A stretch of 64,000 bases of DNA, from assembly GCA_021513695.1 (NCBI GenBank), contig CP084166.1:2880001-2944000 (forward strand), written 5' to 3'. Under the pieces are notes generated by a model that ran no database searches, was not told where the DNA came from, and saw only the letters and a list, made by a program, of their open reading frames with translations. Below are positions 60,047-64,000 of this stretch, piece after piece. Both the position numbers and the translations under genes were made by a program. The first letter of the stretch is position 1. Each line of letters opens with the position of its first letter. Source of the stretch: Candidatus Heimdallarchaeum aukensis (GTDB taxonomy: Archaea > Asgardarchaeota > Heimdallarchaeia > Heimdallarchaeales > Heimdallarchaeaceae).

Positions 60047-61021
60047 TTATCCCATTGTTAGCCACATAACTGCTTTTGCTGTATGTAACCTATTTTCTGC
60101 TTCATCATAGATAACAGAATTTGGTCCATCTATTACTGAATCTTCTACCTCATTTCCCCTATCAGCTGGTAGAGCGTGCATGTAGATTACATCTTTTTTG
60201 GCTAGTTTCATCATCTCTTCTGTACATTTCCAGTCTTTGAATTGAGAGATATCTACATCTCCTTTTTTACCACTCCAGCTTCCCCAGTTTTTAGGTATGA
60301 CAACGTCTGCGTCTCTATAAGCTTCTTCCATATCATGTGTTATTCTAAATGATCCTCCATTTTCTTCAGCATTCTTTCTTGCTTCTTCTATAACCCAATC
60401 TGGCATCTCAAATCCTTCAGGGTAAGCTAAAGTCACATCCATTCCATATCTTGGGAAAAGTAAACTTTGTGTAAGTGGTACTGAAATGGGTTTCTTATGT
60501 GATGTAGCATAAGCCCAGATTATTGAAACTTTGAGGTTTTTTGTTTCTTTTTTCTTTTCAATAATTGTCATAAGGTCAGCTATTCCTTGCATTGGATGAT
60601 AAAGGTCATCTTGTAGACTCATAATAGGCACTCTTGAGTGTTTAGCCATGTCGTTCAAATATTTATTTCCAATTCCCCAGAAGCAGTTTCTGCAAGCTAT
60701 TGCATGGCCATATCTTGAAAGTACTGAAGCAGTATCTTTTGCTACTTCTCCATGAGATATTTGCATTGTAGAAGTATCAAGATAATTAGCATGTCCTCCC
60801 AACTGAGCTATTCCTGCTTCCATAGAGTTTCTGGTTCTTGTAGATTGTTCAAAAAACATCAAAAAAATCGTTTTATATGGCAGATAAGGTGTAGGTTCTC
60901 CTTTCAAGAATTTCTCTTTTAACTCAAAAGACACTTCTAGTAAAGTATCTATTTCTTCTTTTGTCCAATCACGTAATGTGATGAAATCTTTTCCTCTTAA
61001 TTTAGATCTCATATTTCTCAC
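60047..61021 (-). CDS. Carbamoyltransferase of the ATCase/OTCase superfamily (YgeW-like given the context).
   Basis: FEQSTRTRNSMEAG (carbamoyl-phosphate-binding STRTR) and MHALPADRG (HxLP motif). Length is 324 aa. Confidence 0.75.
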   Translation of the reverse strand: MRNMRSKLRGKDFITLRDWTKEEIDTLLEVSFELKEKFLKGEPTPYLPYKTIFLMFFEQSTRTRNSMEAGIAQLGGHANYLDTSTMQISHGEVAKDTASVLSRYGHAIACRNCFWGIGNKYLNDMAKHSRVPIMSLQDDLYHPMQGIADLMTIIEKKKETKNLKVSIIWAYATSHKKPISVPLTQSLLFPRYGMDVTLAYPEGFEMPDWVIEEARKNAEENGGSFRITHDMEEAYRDADVVIPKNWGSWSGKKGDVDISQFKDWKCTEEMMKLAKKDVIYMHALPADRGNEVEDSVIDGPNSVIYDEAENRLHTAKAVMWLTMG

Positions 61022-61042
61022 CTATTTTTTTTCTTTTTATTT

Positions 61043-62248
61043 CTATTCTTTCTTCATCATTTCAGAATATTTCATTGGAATTAATGCATAAACCGCTGTA
61101 GCAATATCTAACTCTTTCTTAAACGTTTTTTCGTTAGGTGCATGAGCTTCTTCCTCATGTCCAGGACCAAAGCCTATGCAAGGAACATTGTGCATTCCCA
61201 TAATATATACTCCATTTGTGGAGAATGTCCATTTATCTAAAAGTGGCTTCTTTCCCATTATTTCTTCTGCGGTTTCTACCATCATCCCACAAAGAGGATG
61301 ATCTTCTTCTAAAACCCAAGTGGGGAAATAGCTATCCACTAGAGTGCGATAGCCAGTGTAAGAAGGTTCATTGTATGTGTACATTTCTACTTTTGCATTG
61401 TATTTTTTCACAGAAGGAAGATTTTTGATTTCATTTAGAGCTGTTTCTTTTGTTTCTCCAAAAGTTAACCTTCTATCTACTGATATGCTACATCCATCTG
61501 CTACAGCGCATCTTGATGGTGAACTTGAAAATATTTCTGTTACAGTTAAAGAGCCTTTTCCTAGAAACTCATCATTTTTTAGATCTCCATGTAGTTTTTC
61601 CAACTCTTGAATGATTTTAGCCATTTTATAGATAGCATTTTCTCCTCTTTCTGGAGCAGAACCATGAGCACTTATTCCTGTGGTTGTTACTTTTATTTCC
61701 ATTCTCCCTCTCTGTCCTCTGTTTACTTTCAAGGATGTTGGTTCAGTTAAAACTACAAATTCAGGTTCAATAACTTTTTCAGTCAAAATATGGTGCCAAC
61801 ATAGTCCATCACAGTCTTCTTCCTGAACAGAGCCTACTATCCAAACAGTGGTGTCCCCGACTATATCTAAATCTTTGATTATTTTTCCAGCATAGACCAT
61901 ACAAGCAAAGCCACCCTCTTGATCACTTGCTCCTCTTCCATAGATTATTTCGTCGTCTTCATATCCTTCATAAGGATCGTGTGTCCAGTTTTCTCTATTT
62001 CCCACGTCTACAGTGTCGATATGTGCGTCAAAAGCTATAACATGTTTTCCGTTTCCTATCCTTCCTAGAATGTTACCCATTTTATCTATCTTTATCTCAT
62101 CATAACCTAATTTTTCCATTTCTTGCTTTATACGTTCAATTAGTTCTTTTTCTTTCCCACTTGTACTGGGAATGCGAATCATATCCCTTAGGAATTTATA
62201 CATATCTTTTTTGTATTCTTCAATTTTTTCCATTACTTTATCTTTCAT
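61043..62248 (-). CDS. M20-family metallohydrolase (YgeY / DapE / ArgE-like).
   Basis: [30 protein letters not shown] and later His/Glu ligands. Length is 401 aa. Confidence 0.75.
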   Translation of the reverse strand: MKDKVMEKIEEYKKDMYKFLRDMIRIPSTSGKEKELIERIKQEMEKLGYDEIKIDKMGNILGRIGNGKHVIAFDAHIDTVDVGNRENWTHDPYEGYEDDEIIYGRGASDQEGGFACMVYAGKIIKDLDIVGDTTVWIVGSVQEEDCDGLCWHHILTEKVIEPEFVVLTEPTSLKVNRGQRGRMEIKVTTTGISAHGSAPERGENAIYKMAKIIQELEKLHGDLKNDEFLGKGSLTVTEIFSSSPSRCAVADGCSISVDRRLTFGETKETALNEIKNLPSVKKYNAKVEMYTYNEPSYTGYRTLVDSYFPTWVLEEDHPLCGMMVETAEEIMGKKPLLDKWTFSTNGVYIMGMHNVPCIGFGPGHEEEAHAPNEKTFKKELDIATAVYALIPMKYSEMMKKE

Positions 62249-62257
62249 TTTTAACCC

Positions 62258-64000
62258 TCATCTTTTTTTTCTAGCTATAGGGAGCTCTGTTCTCCACTTT
62301 CCATCATATTGATAGAACGCGCCTGTTACTGCTCCTGCAGTTGGTACTAAACCTATTTCTCCCACACCCTTTGCTCCAAAACCACCAATTTCTTCAGGTT
62401 CTTCAATTATTATTACTTCTATTTCTGGAGTATCTTTAGCCTTTAATATTTGCAGATCTCTAATTTTTAATGAAACTGGAACACTCTTTGTTGTTGGAAA
62501 GTCCTCTGATAAAGTGTGACCTAAACCCATATGTATTCCTCCTTCTATCTGACCTGCAACAGCCAAAGGATTTACTGCTCTACCCACATCGTGAGCAGCC
62601 AGTATTTTCTTCAGTTTCCCGTTTTCATCAAGAAAAGCTACTTGAACTGCATAACTGAAAGCTAAATGTGTAATTGGGTTATCTACTGGGGTACCTGGCT
62701 TAACTGTTATGTTGGTAACATACTCACCATGATACTCTTTTCCTACTAATTCCTTAGGAGAGTGGTTTTTTAGGTCTTCTGCAAGTTTTTCTGCAGCATA
62801 CTTTGCCGCCATAGTATCAAGTGCTGTTGCTCTTGAAGCAGTTGTCATTCCACACTTTGTTTTATCGTAACTTATCGATTTTACATCCATCTTTGAAGGG
62901 TGGATATTTGTTAATTCGCTAACTGCTTGCGTTAAAACAGTAAATAATCCTTGTCCCATTTCAGTAAAACCAGTCAATATTTCCAACCTTTCGTCTTCAA
63001 GAACACGGATTAATACTCTACCTGTATCTTCGAGAGCGTTACCTATTCCTGTGTTTTTGATTCCACAAGCGATACCTTTTGGTCCTTTATAATTCTTATA
63101 CTGCTCTTTAACTGCATCTAAACATTTCTGTAAACCAACAACTGTTTTTGTCATTATTTGTCCAGTAGCAAAACGTTTTCCTTCTCTCAAGATGTTTCGT
63201 TCTCTTATATCAAAATCATCTATTTCCTTTCCATCATCCCTCATCATCGCAGCAATCATGTTTAAACATGTTTCTATTGCAAAAGAGGTTTGATTTACTC
63301 CAAATCCTCTCATAGCTCCACAAGGAGGATTATTAGTGTAAACAGCTGTTGCATCTACATCTATTGCAGGCAAATAATATGGACCGCATGAGTGCCCTGC
63401 AGCACGTTCAACTACAGCTCCTCCAACAGAAGCATAAGCACCAGTATCGCCTATTATCCTTATTCTTGCTCCAGTTAGCTTACCATTTTCATCAGCTCCA
63501 ACTTCATATCGCATAATCATTGGATGGCGTTTAGGATGCATTCTCAAAGATTGCTCCCTAGTTAGAACTGTTTTCACTGGTTTCTTCAAGAGATAAGCTG
63601 CAAGAGCTGTTTGGGCTTGAACAGACAGATCTTCTTTACCTCCAAAAGCTCCCCCATTTGTTACCAGTTCAACTATTACATTCTCTTTTTCTAATCCTAG
63701 CACTTCTGCTATTTGTCTCTGATCTTCATGTACTCCTTGCCCTTGACTATAAACATGTACACCTTTGTCTGTGGGTAAAGCAAGCGAAGCTTCTACTTCT
63801 AGAAAAGCATGTTCTATTCTTTGAGTTCTAAATTCTTGTTTAACAAAATATTTTGAATTCCTAAAAGCTTCTTCCACATCTCCCCTGCTGAAAACAGTTC
63901 GGCTGAGTATATTACCGCTTTCATGTATTTTTTCAGCTGTAGTGTCCATAGCTTTTATAGGGTCATCTAAAGGTTCGAGTACCTCATATTCCACCTTAAT
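62258..64000 (-). CDS. Second xanthine-dehydrogenase-family molybdopterin-binding subunit (partial, N-terminus beyond the window end).
   Basis: GGAFGGKED, GDTGAYASVGGAVVERAAGH...CGAMRGFG and the C-terminal MoCo dimerisation region. The reading frame is open upstream of the GTG chosen by the ORF track (..IKVEYEVLEP), so the gene continues past 64000. Confidence 0.8.
   Translation of the reverse strand: MKVEYEVLEPLDDPIKAMDTTAEKIHESGNILSRTVFSRGDVEEAFRNSKYFVKQEFRTQRIEHAFLEVEASLALPTDKGVHVYSQGQGVHEDQRQIAEVLGLEKENVIVELVTNGGAFGGKEDLSVQAQTALAAYLLKKPVKTVLTREQSLRMHPKRHPMIMRYEVGADENGKLTGARIRIIGDTGAYASVGGAVVERAAGHSCGPYYLPAIDVDATAVYTNNPPCGAMRGFGVNQTSFAIETCLNMIAAMMRDDGKEIDDFDIRERNILREGKRFATGQIMTKTVVGLQKCLDAVKEQYKNYKGPKGIACGIKNTGIGNALEDTGRVLIRVLEDERLEILTGFTEMGQGLFTVLTQAVSELTNIHPSKMDVKSISYDKTKCGMTTASRATALDTMAAKYAAEKLAEDLKNHSPKELVGKEYHGEYVTNITVKPGTPVDNPITHLAFSYAVQVAFLDENGKLKKILAAHDVGRAVNPLAVAGQIEGGIHMGLGHTLSEDFPTTKSVPVSLKIRDLQILKAKDTPEIEVIIIEEPEEIGGFGAKGVGEIGLVPTAGAVTGAFYQYDGKWRTELPIARKKR

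Noticed and set aside
1-64000. Search for tRNA/rRNA genes (G+C-rich islands of about 75 nt in intergenic spacers)
   Set aside because: No intergenic spacer shows a tRNA-like GC-rich cloverleaf-sized block. Every spacer is AT-rich except 38545-38932, which I report separately as a candidate ncRNA of unknown class.

Overview
This AT-rich 64 kb window looks like a chromosomal segment of an archaeon. I infer an Asgard/Lokiarchaeia-like lineage from an archaeal informational core combined with eukaryote-like signature genes. The core is a Hel308 helicase, an MCM interrupted by two inteins, deoxyhypusine synthase and CDP-archaeol synthase. The eukaryote-like genes are a Ras-superfamily small GTPase, roadblock/longin-like domains and thrombospondin-type-3-like Ca-binding repeats. 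Coding density is high on both strands and I recognise no rRNA, tRNA, CRISPR array, transposase or integrase.

Recognisable blocks, in order:
- 1-6.6 kb: Hel308 (partial, C-terminus beyond the window start) and MCM carrying two inteins, one of which has a LAGLIDADG homing endonuclease.
- 6.9-10 kb: a YdjM-like membrane hydrolase fusion, an HDAC-family deacetylase and CarS.
- 10.2-11.9 kb: a small Cys-rich protein, a catalytically degenerate KaiC/RecA-like protein and an overlapping Rab-like GTPase. I consider this the most system-like unexplained module.
- 12.1-15.1 kb: a porGDAB-type 2-oxoacid:ferredoxin oxidoreductase operon.
- 15.2-17.0 kb: a solitary gamma-class N6-adenine DNA methyltransferase.
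- 17-47 kb: an accessory-looking stretch rich in secreted and surface proteins. It includes a beta-helix protein, a tandem pair of about 950-aa Tyr-rich paralogues, an EEP nuclease/phosphatase, two MFS transporters, peptidases (PepT, M42) and two roadblock-domain proteins.
- 46.7-64 kb: a gene cluster that closely parallels the bacterial anaerobic purine/uric-acid catabolic ygeW-ygeY-hyuA-ssnA-xdh locus. It has an XdhC-like maturation factor, two molybdopterin large subunits, a fused 2Fe-2S/FAD subunit, a PreA-like Fe-S dihydropyrimidine-dehydrogenase-type protein, an SsnA-like amidohydrolase, a hydantoinase, a YgeW-like carbamoyltransferase, a YgeY-like M20 hydrolase and two fold-type-II PLP enzymes.

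At least five secreted proteins share an N-terminal signal peptide and a C-terminal hydrophobic helix followed by a Lys/Arg tail. This looks like a lineage-specific C-terminal sorting or anchoring signal.

All calls rest on motif recognition in the supplied translations and on my own reverse-complement reading. No database search could be run.
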